From the NCBI GenBank assembly GCA_048884785.1, contig JBHLQM010000015.1, positions 1 through 49,440 on the forward strand: a DNA stretch of 49,440 nt, given 5' to 3'. This document shows positions 30,120-38,711 of this stretch, in pieces. Made by a program: the position numbers and the translations under genes. The notes under the pieces are model-generated. The model saw only the letters and a list, made by a program, of their open reading frames with translations. It searched no databases and was not told where the DNA came from. Position 1 is the stretch's first letter, and each line of letters begins with the position of its first letter. This DNA is from Candidatus Thorarchaeota archaeon. GTDB taxonomy: Archaea > Asgardarchaeota > Thorarchaeia > Thorarchaeales > Thorarchaeaceae.

Positions 30120-30605
30120 ATGAAAAGAAAACTTGCAACTGGTATTTTAGTTTTTGTTCTTTCATGTATTCTGTTGACTTCTGTGACGGCAGTGTCTGCA
30201 GCAAAACCCATTGAAATGACGGTCATATGCACACCATTAGTTGTCGAGTTGGATTTCGAGGAGCTACCCAGCGGAATTATGAAGGTTACCTTCTGGACGA
30301 ATCAAACATGGACGGGAGATTGGGAAGGAATTGCCGAGCAAGGTGGAACAGGCATGATTAGACCAGCGGATCATGGAAAGGCCTCGATAATCCTAGATTG
30401 CTTCGGGGAGTTCACTGGCACTATCCAGGGCAAAACGGGCACCGTAGTCTATTACATGCGGAACAACATTAATCCAGAGGGCGAGTATTTCAGTGCAATA
30501 ATGACAATCATTCGGGGGACAGGTGAATTGGCAAATATACACGGGCATGGAGTTGTTGTCGACGACATAACCACGCGAATCTGGGTTCACTTCGACCCGA
30601 GTTAG
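30120..30605 (+). CDS. Secreted beta-barrel protein (DUF3224-like)
   Basis: Signal peptide ending VSA-AKP; WTGDWEG, FTGTIQGKTGT, GTGELANIHGHG; SD GAGGTGA. Confidence 0.7.
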   Translation: MKRKLATGILVFVLSCILLTSVTAVSAAKPIEMTVICTPLVVELDFEELPSGIMKVTFWTNQTWTGDWEGIAEQGGTGMIRPADHGKASIILDCFGEFTGTIQGKTGTVVYYMRNNINPEGEYFSAIMTIIRGTGELANIHGHGVVVDDITTRIWVHFDPS

Positions 30606-30612
30606 AACCATC

Positions 30613-30638
30613 CTTTCCCTCTTTTTTTTTTGCTTTTC
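30613..30638 (+). terminator. Oligo-T terminator
   Basis: Pyrimidine tract with a T10 run directly after the stop. Confidence 0.55.
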
Positions 30639-30667
30639 ATGCTCTGATTAGGGCGTAGACTGTGTGC

Positions 30668-30769
30668 TGTATGACACACAGCAGTGAGTATTCTGTTGAT
30701 GAATATCAGTTCTCAAGAAATGCGTTCTCATGGAGGGATTTTGCGAGCATTCGTGCAGAATACTATATC
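30668..30769. repeat. 102-bp dispersed repeat, copy 2
   Basis: Direct repeat of 27204-27305; AGTATTCTG...CAGAATACT closing stem. Confidence 0.9.
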
Positions 30770-31021
30770 CTGTGCCATCGTACTTGCAGGTAAACTGAGA
30801 ACCAAAGCACCGATTACATATGCAGTAAACCACACTCGCTTTGAATTCATATCAAAAGCTCCTAGCCAATTTCCTATCCGGAATCAGTGATGTTCAACCG
30901 TAATAAGTTTGACTTCCACCCAATATAGTTGGGAAGAAGAGCACCCAAAATAGGAGCTTAAAATGAAATCTCATACAATATGGGGAGATGACGACTATGT
31001 ATTTCAAGGCGTTTACAAGGT

Positions 31022-32461
31022 TTAGTGTATGTCAAACACAAGAGTTTTGACTACGACTGGCACAACAACTCCTTCAATAATTGGTTCACCAATATCCACA
31101 AAGTCGCCATCCTTTAGTGCTATTTCATCAATGGACAGAATTTCATTGGATATGCCAGTTTCTCTTCGCATTACATTCCCGACACTATTTCCAATATCTG
31201 TGTCAAAGCACATCAATAGGGGTTTCCCAGTGGCAATTGTGTTTGGCAGCGCATCAACAACGCCCTTGGCGAATTCAGCGAGGTTCTCATAGGATGGTCG
31301 AACTGCGTCATTAAAGGCGAGAATCAAATCGTCATTGCCTTCTATTAGGTCAAACCTCTTAATCGCTTCTTTAATTGCTGAACTGACATCACTCGCCTTT
31401 GTCTTGCTTCTAGGAATATGGGGTACTACTGCAGGTAAATTTCTTAGGGGATAGGAAAGTCCTGAAGACAGAAACGTTGTTGAGCCACTCACAGAGAGAT
31501 TGAATTGTCCGGCTCCAATAACAGTAGCCCGTATCTTATGGTCTGGTTCTTCCAATGGAAGATTCTTCTCCAGAGACAAAGTACGGATGCTTTCCGCGAG
31601 GTATCTTCCAAGGTCACAGAAATCTTCGTCTTCTGTTCCATAGATGTATTCCGCAACCCCGCCTGAGAATGTTATTGCATCAATATTGCCAATATAAGTC
31701 AATGGAGTTGTCATTAAAAGCATCTCAGCCAAGCTTGATTTTGGAGGTCCTTGAAGGACATCAACGAGGGCTTCCGCGAGGGCCTGAGCCAATTGCTTTT
31801 TCGTGTTCTCATCAATATGATCACCAATCTCAAGCGATAGTCCTATCTCACGTGCAACTCTTCTGCCCGTATCTTCGAGGCGTACAATAACACCATCCCG
31901 GTCGGTTGCGACGAGTCGCCCGCCTACATTCACCGCAGTCGTGGAAATGATCTTGCCCTGCTGGCATACCGCAACATTGGATGATCCTCCGCCGATATCG
32001 ATATTCATGATGGTTCTTCCGGTTAGCTCCGACTTTGAAACAGCTCCGGAACCATAGGCGGCGAGCACAGATTCGAAGTTGGGTCCGGCGGTTGCAGCAA
32101 CGAATTTTCCTGCCTCACCGGCAAGCACGTTGACAATTTCCTCGGCATTCTGTTTCTTCGCAGTCTCGCCTGTGATTATCACTGCTCCAGTGTCAATACT
32201 TCGAACATCAATCCCGGCAGCGGCATAATCAGCCAGGAGAAGGTCTCTGAGAGCATCGTAATCGATATTCTTAGGATCCTTGAAGGGAGTTAGATGGATT
32301 GGACCAGTATGGAGTATCGAGCGGTCGGTTATTTCAAATTTCTCGGTCCGGCTAGTAAGGTCTTTTTCAAGAACAATCTTTGAAAAGATTACATGAGAAG
32401 TCGAGGATCCGATATCAACGCCAACACTTGTTAGTTCCATTCTGGTGGTCTTTAGTTGCAT
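31022..32461 (-). CDS. eutA: EutA-family reactivating factor (actin-like ATPase)
   Basis: SVGVDIGSSTS, TGAVIITGETAKKQNA, FVAATAGP, NIDIGGGSSN, FSGGVAE, IRATVIGAG, PVVVKTLVF. Start reassigned to 32461. Confidence 0.9.
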   Translation of the reverse strand: MQLKTTRMELTSVGVDIGSSTSHVIFSKIVLEKDLTSRTEKFEITDRSILHTGPIHLTPFKDPKNIDYDALRDLLLADYAAAGIDVRSIDTGAVIITGETAKKQNAEEIVNVLAGEAGKFVAATAGPNFESVLAAYGSGAVSKSELTGRTIMNIDIGGGSSNVAVCQQGKIISTTAVNVGGRLVATDRDGVIVRLEDTGRRVAREIGLSLEIGDHIDENTKKQLAQALAEALVDVLQGPPKSSLAEMLLMTTPLTYIGNIDAITFSGGVAEYIYGTEDEDFCDLGRYLAESIRTLSLEKNLPLEEPDHKIRATVIGAGQFNLSVSGSTTFLSSGLSYPLRNLPAVVPHIPRSKTKASDVSSAIKEAIKRFDLIEGNDDLILAFNDAVRPSYENLAEFAKGVVDALPNTIATGKPLLMCFDTDIGNSVGNVMRRETGISNEILSIDEIALKDGDFVDIGEPIIEGVVVPVVVKTLVFDIH

Positions 32462-32549
32462 TTCTACATATCCGCCTCTACTAGCCAGCGCTTGTGAAAT
32501 CCCATTTTTAGCTTTATGATATGAGTATCTTTTTACATTAGAACTTGCC

Positions 32550-33410
32550 CTAGAAAGCAACATCTTGATTCGAGGATGTCTGGCAGTGCACAATCCTAAT
32601 TGGGATTGTCAGAGATCTATCTATTCCCAAACGTTTTCTAAGGATCGCTTTCAAGTCATATGAAGCACTGAATAGCTTCCCTGATATCGATGGCTGAACA
32701 TTTCTTTCGATGTCGAATTCGAAGCCTATCCACGTTTCTTTGGTTATATCCTCCTTCACAAGGTGCCCGATTACCACAGGATACGACATTTCTCGAGATT
32801 GATTATCAGCCATTGCCTCTTCTGTGAGTATAATCTCGAAGTCAACACCATCGACACCTGCAATGGAGGGAATCATAATCTTACCCCGAAGTGGTTGTTC
32901 TATGCAGAAGCTATCTGAATCAAGCATCAGCGTTAACCAGTCCTCCTGCCTAATGATGGGATTTGAGTTAATTTGCCCAACGGCGTCTCTGACAATTAGG
33001 GGAATCATAGCAGTATGGTCTGGAGCATGTGGAGAAATGACACGAGCTTCTAACGTGTACTCAACTCTTGCCATTTCACAGCGGAACGTAGGGGGTGCCT
33101 CAATTGGAATTCTGATTGAGAACGGTACACGTATTGTATTGCTGTTGACATGCCCTTCTTCATTCAAGACAATTTCATTCCTATAATGCAGATAGCTCTC
33201 AGAAAAAACACGAGATACCTCTTCTCCGCCAAAGAACTCTCCACTCACATGCGTTGCTGGAAAACGGATTCGTGTTTTCTCATATGCCTTCAAAGCAAGA
33301 TGTATTTCTGTAAAATTGAGTTGGAACTTTGATGTGATTGCCACATCACCGTATACTGTACCCCCCAAAAAATGAATCCTGCCAACTGTCTCTAGAGCAA
33401 TCTCAGCCAT
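32550..33410 (-). CDS. Arrestin-fold protein 3 (N and C domains)
   Basis: GGTVYGDV, VPFSIRIPIEAPPTF...VEYTLEA; C-domain FCIEQPLRG...QPSISGKLFSASYDLKA. Confidence 0.75.
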   Translation of the reverse strand: MAEIALETVGRIHFLGGTVYGDVAITSKFQLNFTEIHLALKAYEKTRIRFPATHVSGEFFGGEEVSRVFSESYLHYRNEIVLNEEGHVNSNTIRVPFSIRIPIEAPPTFRCEMARVEYTLEARVISPHAPDHTAMIPLIVRDAVGQINSNPIIRQEDWLTLMLDSDSFCIEQPLRGKIMIPSIAGVDGVDFEIILTEEAMADNQSREMSYPVVIGHLVKEDITKETWIGFEFDIERNVQPSISGKLFSASYDLKAILRKRLGIDRSLTIPIRIVHCQTSSNQDVAF

Positions 33411-33420
33411 CTAAGCAACC

Positions 33421-34278
33421 TCAATAAATTGATTCGAAGGAGAAGTCGTCATCTGGCAAAAGAGGACAGTAACAAGTATGTATTGGGAGATAGATGGAGG
33501 TGTCAAAATCCCATGGGATATCCATTGTGACTTTTAGGAAAACCTTACTTGACATTATTTCAGACTCATAGGTCGCAGGGACCTTAGTTGAGGATTTCAA
33601 TCTCATTTTTATCCAGCTGTTTCCTAGTATCCTTTCCTCAGGAAAGAACTTGGTCAGAATGATCCGATCACCATCTCGGTGAACTCTCTTCGCTTTTGCC
33701 CATTCTCTATTGATTAGATCGACCCGCAATCCTCTGATTTTTCTTTCATCTGAAACACAGACTCGGAATATCAGATCATCTCCAATGCACAAGACATCTC
33801 TCGGTATCTCAACCTGAAGATCTGGGAATTGCTTGTGATCAGATATCTCTGTCAGCTCTCTTGACTGTCGTGGACGTGAATAGCTCTTCACGATTACTTC
33901 TCCGCCGCTTTTTATGTCAAAGGCCCAAGGAATATCCAATTTAGCTGTTAACATGTACTCAACATTTGACCAGCGACCATGATATGTACTTGGATGCCCA
34001 ACAGGTATTTCAAAACTGAATGGTAGATGTAGTTCTCCAGGGTTTATGTCCCCCTCTTCTTGAAGAATCACCATCTGATCACTGTAAACCTTCTCTTCTC
34101 GATAGGTTGTACTGGAATCTCCATTGCTAACAACGATTTTAGTGTGTTCGCGTGCAAGGAATCTAACTGTTGCTCTATTGATTTTGAATGAGCTATCACT
34201 TGATATTATTAGGTTCCCATTGATTTTCTCGCCAGCTTCGTAATTCCGTTTTGGTATGGCGATTCTGAGTCTCTTGAT
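33421..34278 (-). CDS. Arrestin-fold protein 2; probable ATC start at 34278
   Basis: Frame open 68 codons upstream of the tracked ATG (IKRLRIAIPKRNYEAGEKING...AREHTKI); PGELHLPFSFEIP, VEYMLTAKLDIPWAFD. Confidence 0.8.
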   Translation of the reverse strand: MKRLRIAIPKRNYEAGEKINGNLIISSDSSFKINRATVRFLAREHTKIVVSNGDSSTTYREEKVYSDQMVILQEEGDINPGELHLPFSFEIPVGHPSTYHGRWSNVEYMLTAKLDIPWAFDIKSGGEVIVKSYSRPRQSRELTEISDHKQFPDLQVEIPRDVLCIGDDLIFRVCVSDERKIRGLRVDLINREWAKAKRVHRDGDRIILTKFFPEERILGNSWIKMRLKSSTKVPATYESEIMSSKVFLKVTMDIPWDFDTSIYLPIHTCYCPLLPDDDFSFESIY

Positions 34279-34294
34279 TCGCTATCCCTCCTAT

Positions 34295-35167
34295 TCATTG
34301 GAACATCAAATCGCTAGATGTTTCTCTTGATGAAGACGAACTGTCATATTCATTGCATCGAAGTATGCTAATTGGAATAGCAATTTCCCTATCAAATCCT
34401 CTTGGAATATCAATGACCACTTTGAGAAGAACTTCCACTGATATTAGAGGTCCCGTATACGTATAGGGTGCTGAAACTGTTGGGATTTCAATAGACATCC
34501 AACTTCCTTTGGTAATTCTCTCGTTTTCAACGAATTCGCTTGCAACTCTTCGGCGCAATTCTGCCTTGTAACCCTTCGCAACTGCGGTTTCATTAGCCTG
34601 CAAGTCAACTCGTATTCCACGCATCTTTTCAAACTCCCTAGATACTCTATATCGTGCTTTAATATGGTCGCCACAGCAGACTTCATTGTTCTCAACTTCC
34701 GCCTCTAGCACGACTACTCCATCATCCTCTTCTAATCCACTCTGAGTTTGTGGATTCGCTCTGTTTGAAGAACCATGTACGACAAGATTCACCGTTTCGA
34801 TTGGGTCTTTTGCCCATGATATTTCTATCCTACCCTCCAAAAAGTACTCGATATTCGCTCGTTCACCCTTATAGCTTGACGGAGCATCTTCAGGGATAGC
34901 AAAAGAAAATGGAACACTTATCTCGCCTTCTTCAAGTTTCCCAGGTTCTCTTATAGTCAGCTTTTCATTAGCATGAAAATAGTCTTCAGTGTAGACGTGA
35001 GTATATTTGCCCACCTGCTTTGTGACTAGTGTATGTTCTCTGCAAATGAAAGATATGTACATCGCATTAAAATCAAAGGCTTTGTCGCATATGATTTGAG
35101 CGATTCCTGAAACTGTATCTCCAGCATTATACTCTGTTTTCTCTACAATAACAGATATCTTGCGCAT
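34295..35167 (-). CDS. Arrestin-fold protein 1
   Basis: YNAGDTVSG, REHT, VPFSFAIPEDAPSSYKG, IEYFLEGRIEISWAKD; C-domain CGDHI, RGIRVDL, DIPRGFD. Confidence 0.82.
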   Translation of the reverse strand: MRKISVIVEKTEYNAGDTVSGIAQIICDKAFDFNAMYISFICREHTLVTKQVGKYTHVYTEDYFHANEKLTIREPGKLEEGEISVPFSFAIPEDAPSSYKGERANIEYFLEGRIEISWAKDPIETVNLVVHGSSNRANPQTQSGLEEDDGVVVLEAEVENNEVCCGDHIKARYRVSREFEKMRGIRVDLQANETAVAKGYKAELRRRVASEFVENERITKGSWMSIEIPTVSAPYTYTGPLISVEVLLKVVIDIPRGFDREIAIPISILRCNEYDSSSSSRETSSDLMFQ

Positions 35168-35276
35168 TGAGACTCTCTCTCCTATCACTATGAAGCGCTT
35201 CGAGTGAACGCTTTTGATGTTTTCCCACTATATCGATGCCTTCTTGTATCTTTATGTTTCCATCTTCTTGATTGTC

Positions 35277-35786
35277 ATGGAGTTCATGGATATTATTAGA
35301 TATCGGCGTAGCATTCGCAAATACATTGAACGAGATGTGGAGGATGCGAAGATCCACCAGATCCTAGAGGCCGGTCGTTGGGCACCTTCAGCTTCGAATA
35401 GACAACCTTGGCATTTTATTATTGTAAAAGACCCTGCTATGCGGAAGAAGCTAGCTGCTATTCATCCATACGGCGGATTTATGGCTGAATCGCCTGTAGT
35501 TATTGTTGTACTTGGAGACCCCAATAAAAGTCCAAAATACCACCTTGCAGATCCTCACAATGCGGTTCAAAACATGATTCTAGCTGCATACGCTCAGGGA
35601 CTTGGATCATGTTGGATGGGTGTACGAGATACTGATATTGAACCAAAATTCAAAGCCCTTTTACAAGTACCCGATTATTTGAGAGTGATTTGCTCAATTT
35701 CCATCGGGTACCATGAGATTCAGGTAACGCGCACCCGTGAGCCTCTAGAAAACCTGGTATCCTATGAGCTTTTTAGCAAGAGATAG
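35277..35786 (+). CDS. Nitroreductase-family protein
   Basis: RRSIRKY, APSASNRQPWHF, QNMILAAYAQGLGSCW. Confidence 0.93.
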   Translation: MEFMDIIRYRRSIRKYIERDVEDAKIHQILEAGRWAPSASNRQPWHFIIVKDPAMRKKLAAIHPYGGFMAESPVVIVVLGDPNKSPKYHLADPHNAVQNMILAAYAQGLGSCWMGVRDTDIEPKFKALLQVPDYLRVICSISIGYHEIQVTRTREPLENLVSYELFSKR

Positions 35787-35799
35787 TAGCGTGACCAAG

Positions 35800-36204
35800 A
35801 TGACAGGAACGAAGGATTTGTCAGAGCTTTTGAAGGCAATGGCACCAAAGGTTCGTGAGAGAGATTTAGTTTTCTGTACTATTCCTTGGGAAGACATTCC
35901 TGATACCACAATCGATCCTCTTTGCTTGTTCAAAGAGGAGGAAGGATTCAGTCTTATCTTGACTAAGAAACAGGCGGATTCTCTTGGATTGAATTATGAT
36001 GGCGTTTGGACAAGAATTGAGCTAATGGTTCACTCGGATCTTATGGCGATAGGTTTTCTTTCAGCAATATCAAAGGCTTTAGCCGATGGTGAAATAAGCG
36101 TTAACGTTGTTTCAGCACATTTTCATGACCATCTCTTTGTCCTCTCTGATCAGGCAAAGAAGGCAATAAAGCTGCTAGAACAATTGAGCAAAGATTTACC
36201 TTAG
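35800..36204 (+). CDS. ACT-domain protein (DUF2241/ACT_7 type)
   Basis: FKEEEGFSLI, HSDLMAIGF, NVVSAHFHDHLFV. Confidence 0.85.
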   Translation: MTGTKDLSELLKAMAPKVRERDLVFCTIPWEDIPDTTIDPLCLFKEEEGFSLILTKKQADSLGLNYDGVWTRIELMVHSDLMAIGFLSAISKALADGEISVNVVSAHFHDHLFVLSDQAKKAIKLLEQLSKDLP

Positions 36205-36692
36205 AGGGATATAATCACATCCCTTGCATGCTTCCCTGAGAGATAGTCAATGTCAATCCTTCCTATGTTGACCTTTCGAATTGAACTGTCATTAAATTGC
36301 TCGCTAATTACAATCTGCGGATTTTCCTCGAGCTGATTAACCATAATAGTGAGAGCATAGCGTTTCTCTTCAAGGTCTGTGACGAAAGTTACTCGCCCTC
36401 GGAACTGAGTTGTTGCAAAATGGTGATCACATTTTCCGTGAGCATAACCGTAGTCTAATAGTGCTTGACCCCAAACAAGGTTATTCCTCTTTAAGATGTC
36501 AATTTTCTTGCCTTCCTGTGCGCAATGAAAGTAGATACAATTCTTGCTCTCATCGTAGCCATGACTTAATGTAACAAGGTATGGCTCATTCTCCAAGCTC
36601 ATAGCTATGGTCACGTATTTTGCGCTTCTCAGAATGTGTACAAGTTGCCCCCTATCTGTAATTGCCTTCTCTTTTCGTCTCATTTCTCTCAT
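36201..36692 (-). CDS. Pyridoxamine-5'-phosphate-oxidase-like (NimA-type) flavin-binding protein
   Basis: MRRKEKAI, PYLVTL, IYFHCAQEGKK, LSGK. Confidence 0.88.
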   Translation of the reverse strand: MREMRRKEKAITDRGQLVHILRSAKYVTIAMSLENEPYLVTLSHGYDESKNCIYFHCAQEGKKIDILKRNNLVWGQALLDYGYAHGKCDHHFATTQFRGRVTFVTDLEEKRYALTIMVNQLEENPQIVISEQFNDSSIRKVNIGRIDIDYLSGKHARDVIISL

Positions 36693-36790
36693 CAATACAT
36701 TCCTCGGACTTACCACGTCTTAGTTTGTATCATCCAATTACCTTTTCAGTCAACATGGTTTCCCAAACTTGAATATATTTGGTGGGAAAA

Positions 36791-37588
36791 ATGACTCTTC
36801 GCCTCGGTACTTCTTTCTTTTCTGGTTGTACAATACCATTGACTGAATTCCTAGACATGTGCAACGAATTGAAGATGAAGTATATTGAAATTCAACTGGA
36901 ACCTCCGTATTTTCCTTCTAGTATGACACAAGATGATAAAGAGACATTAAGGAATCTCATTTCAGATTCATCCCTTATTCCCCTAGTCCATGCACCATAT
37001 GATGATGTAAACCTGGCAAGCTTGAAAGAGCCAATCAGACGTGCATCTCTAGGCATCATGAAAGACTGTATAGACATCTCCTCAGAGATAGGATCGTCAA
37101 GTATTACCATTCATGCCGGCTCCTGTCCGTCAAACCAAATCGCTCGCCATGAAGATGCAATTCAGAGATTCAGGGCCAGTCTACTTGAGCTAGTTATGTA
37201 TGCGCATGATAGTGGAGTAAGAATCGGTGTTGAGAACAAGCAGGTTGGAAAGGATCGAGAGATCATCCTCTTTCCAAAAGAACATCTTGAAGTTGTTCAG
37301 GATTATAGTGATTTTGACGTTGGTGCGGTTTTGGATATCGGACACGCAAATACTACAGGGGTTGACTTGGTAGAATATATCAAAATAATGAAGTCATATC
37401 TCTTGGAGGTCCACCTACACGACAATGATGGTACTGCAGATTTGCATTTGGGTCTCGGAGATGGCACAGCCGACCTTAAAACCGTGATACAAGAACTGAG
37501 GTCAATAAGATATCACGGTCCAGTGATTCTTGAATTAGATACACGGGAACACTTGGAAAATGCAATTCGGTTTATTCAGGATATCTAA
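36791..37588 (+). CDS. Sugar-phosphate isomerase/epimerase (AP-endonuclease-2 TIM barrel)
   Basis: VHAP, NLAS, IHAG, VEN, LDIGHA, VHLHDNDG, DLHLGLGDG, ILE. Confidence 0.9.
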   Translation: MTLRLGTSFFSGCTIPLTEFLDMCNELKMKYIEIQLEPPYFPSSMTQDDKETLRNLISDSSLIPLVHAPYDDVNLASLKEPIRRASLGIMKDCIDISSEIGSSSITIHAGSCPSNQIARHEDAIQRFRASLLELVMYAHDSGVRIGVENKQVGKDREIILFPKEHLEVVQDYSDFDVGAVLDIGHANTTGVDLVEYIKIMKSYLLEVHLHDNDGTADLHLGLGDGTADLKTVIQELRSIRYHGPVILELDTREHLENAIRFIQDI

Positions 37589-37645
37589 TGGAGTCTTTTG
37601 AGGGAAAGGGCATCTTTTTGAATCAGACTATGCGTATCTTTCTTT

Positions 37646-38599
37646 ATGGTTTCCTTTAATGATATTGAGGCAGCTCATGAGAGAATCAAGGCCTACATCG
37701 TTCATACACCTGTTATGACCTCGACTACTGTAGATAAAATGATGGAAGCATTCGTTTTCTTGAAATGTGAGAACTTTCAGCGAGTTGGTGCGTTCAAATT
37801 CAGAGGTGCCCTGAATACAGTTTCGCTGCTTACTGATGACGAGAAAAAAAAAGGTGTTGTAACTCATTCTTCTGGAAACCATGCACAGGCTTTGGCACTT
37901 GCAGCCTCACTCCTTGGAGTGAAGGCCACCATTGTAATGCCTGAGAATTCGCCCCGGGTCAAGGTTGATGCTACAAAAAGCTATGGCGCCGAGATTGTTT
38001 TCTGTAAATCGAATGTACAGAGCCGAGTTGAAACTGCTCAGAAGCTCATTGAGGAACATGGGTTCACACTTGTGCATCCCTACAATGACGAGCGAATTAT
38101 TGCTGGGGCAGGAACCGCCGCATTAGAATTGATGAAAGAGCATTCCCCTCTGGATATCGTAATTGCACCAGTAGGAGGTGGAGGTCTATTGAGCGGCACC
38201 TCGATTGCTGTGAAAGGGCTTTCTAGAACAACTGAGGTTGTGGGAGGGGAACCTGAAAATGCAGATGATGCCTACAGGTCACTGCGAGACGGTGTTATTC
38301 ATCCGAGCATAAACCCAAATACTATTGCTGATGGTTTGCGAACTTCATTGAGCGATTTGACTTTTCGAGTTATCCGAGAAAATGTATCCCGAATTGTGAC
38401 AGTATCTGAAAACGAGATTGTATCAGCAATGAGAATTCTATGGGAACGGATGAAGATCGTTGTTGAACCATCAGGAGCAGTTCCTCTCGCTGTAGCTCTT
38501 CGCATTAGAAGTGAGCTCCATGGGAAACGCATTGGCCTGATTCTAAGTGGTGGAAATGTAGATTTGGATGGATTCTTTGCACAGTATGGTTCCCAATGA
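37646..38599 (+). CDS. PLP-dependent threonine/serine dehydratase (serine-racemase-like)
   Basis: KCENFQRVGAFKFRGA, SSGNHAQ, PVGGGGL, VEPSGA, SGGN; no ACT domain. Confidence 0.92.
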   Translation: MVSFNDIEAAHERIKAYIVHTPVMTSTTVDKMMEAFVFLKCENFQRVGAFKFRGALNTVSLLTDDEKKKGVVTHSSGNHAQALALAASLLGVKATIVMPENSPRVKVDATKSYGAEIVFCKSNVQSRVETAQKLIEEHGFTLVHPYNDERIIAGAGTAALELMKEHSPLDIVIAPVGGGGLLSGTSIAVKGLSRTTEVVGGEPENADDAYRSLRDGVIHPSINPNTIADGLRTSLSDLTFRVIRENVSRIVTVSENEIVSAMRILWERMKIVVEPSGAVPLAVALRIRSELHGKRIGLILSGGNVDLDGFFAQYGSQ

Positions 38600-38711
38600 T
38601 GCTAATTACATTCGGCATACCCTCTCCAACAAGGGAGTTCTTTTGGACGTATTTGAATACGTAGTAATTTCTAATACAATAAAGGAAAATGTGGTATGAC
38701 GGGCTAAGCCA

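Noticed and set aside
30648-30890. Short ORFs across the second 102-bp repeat
   Set aside because: No motifs, and the frames are not preserved beyond the repeat in copy 1.
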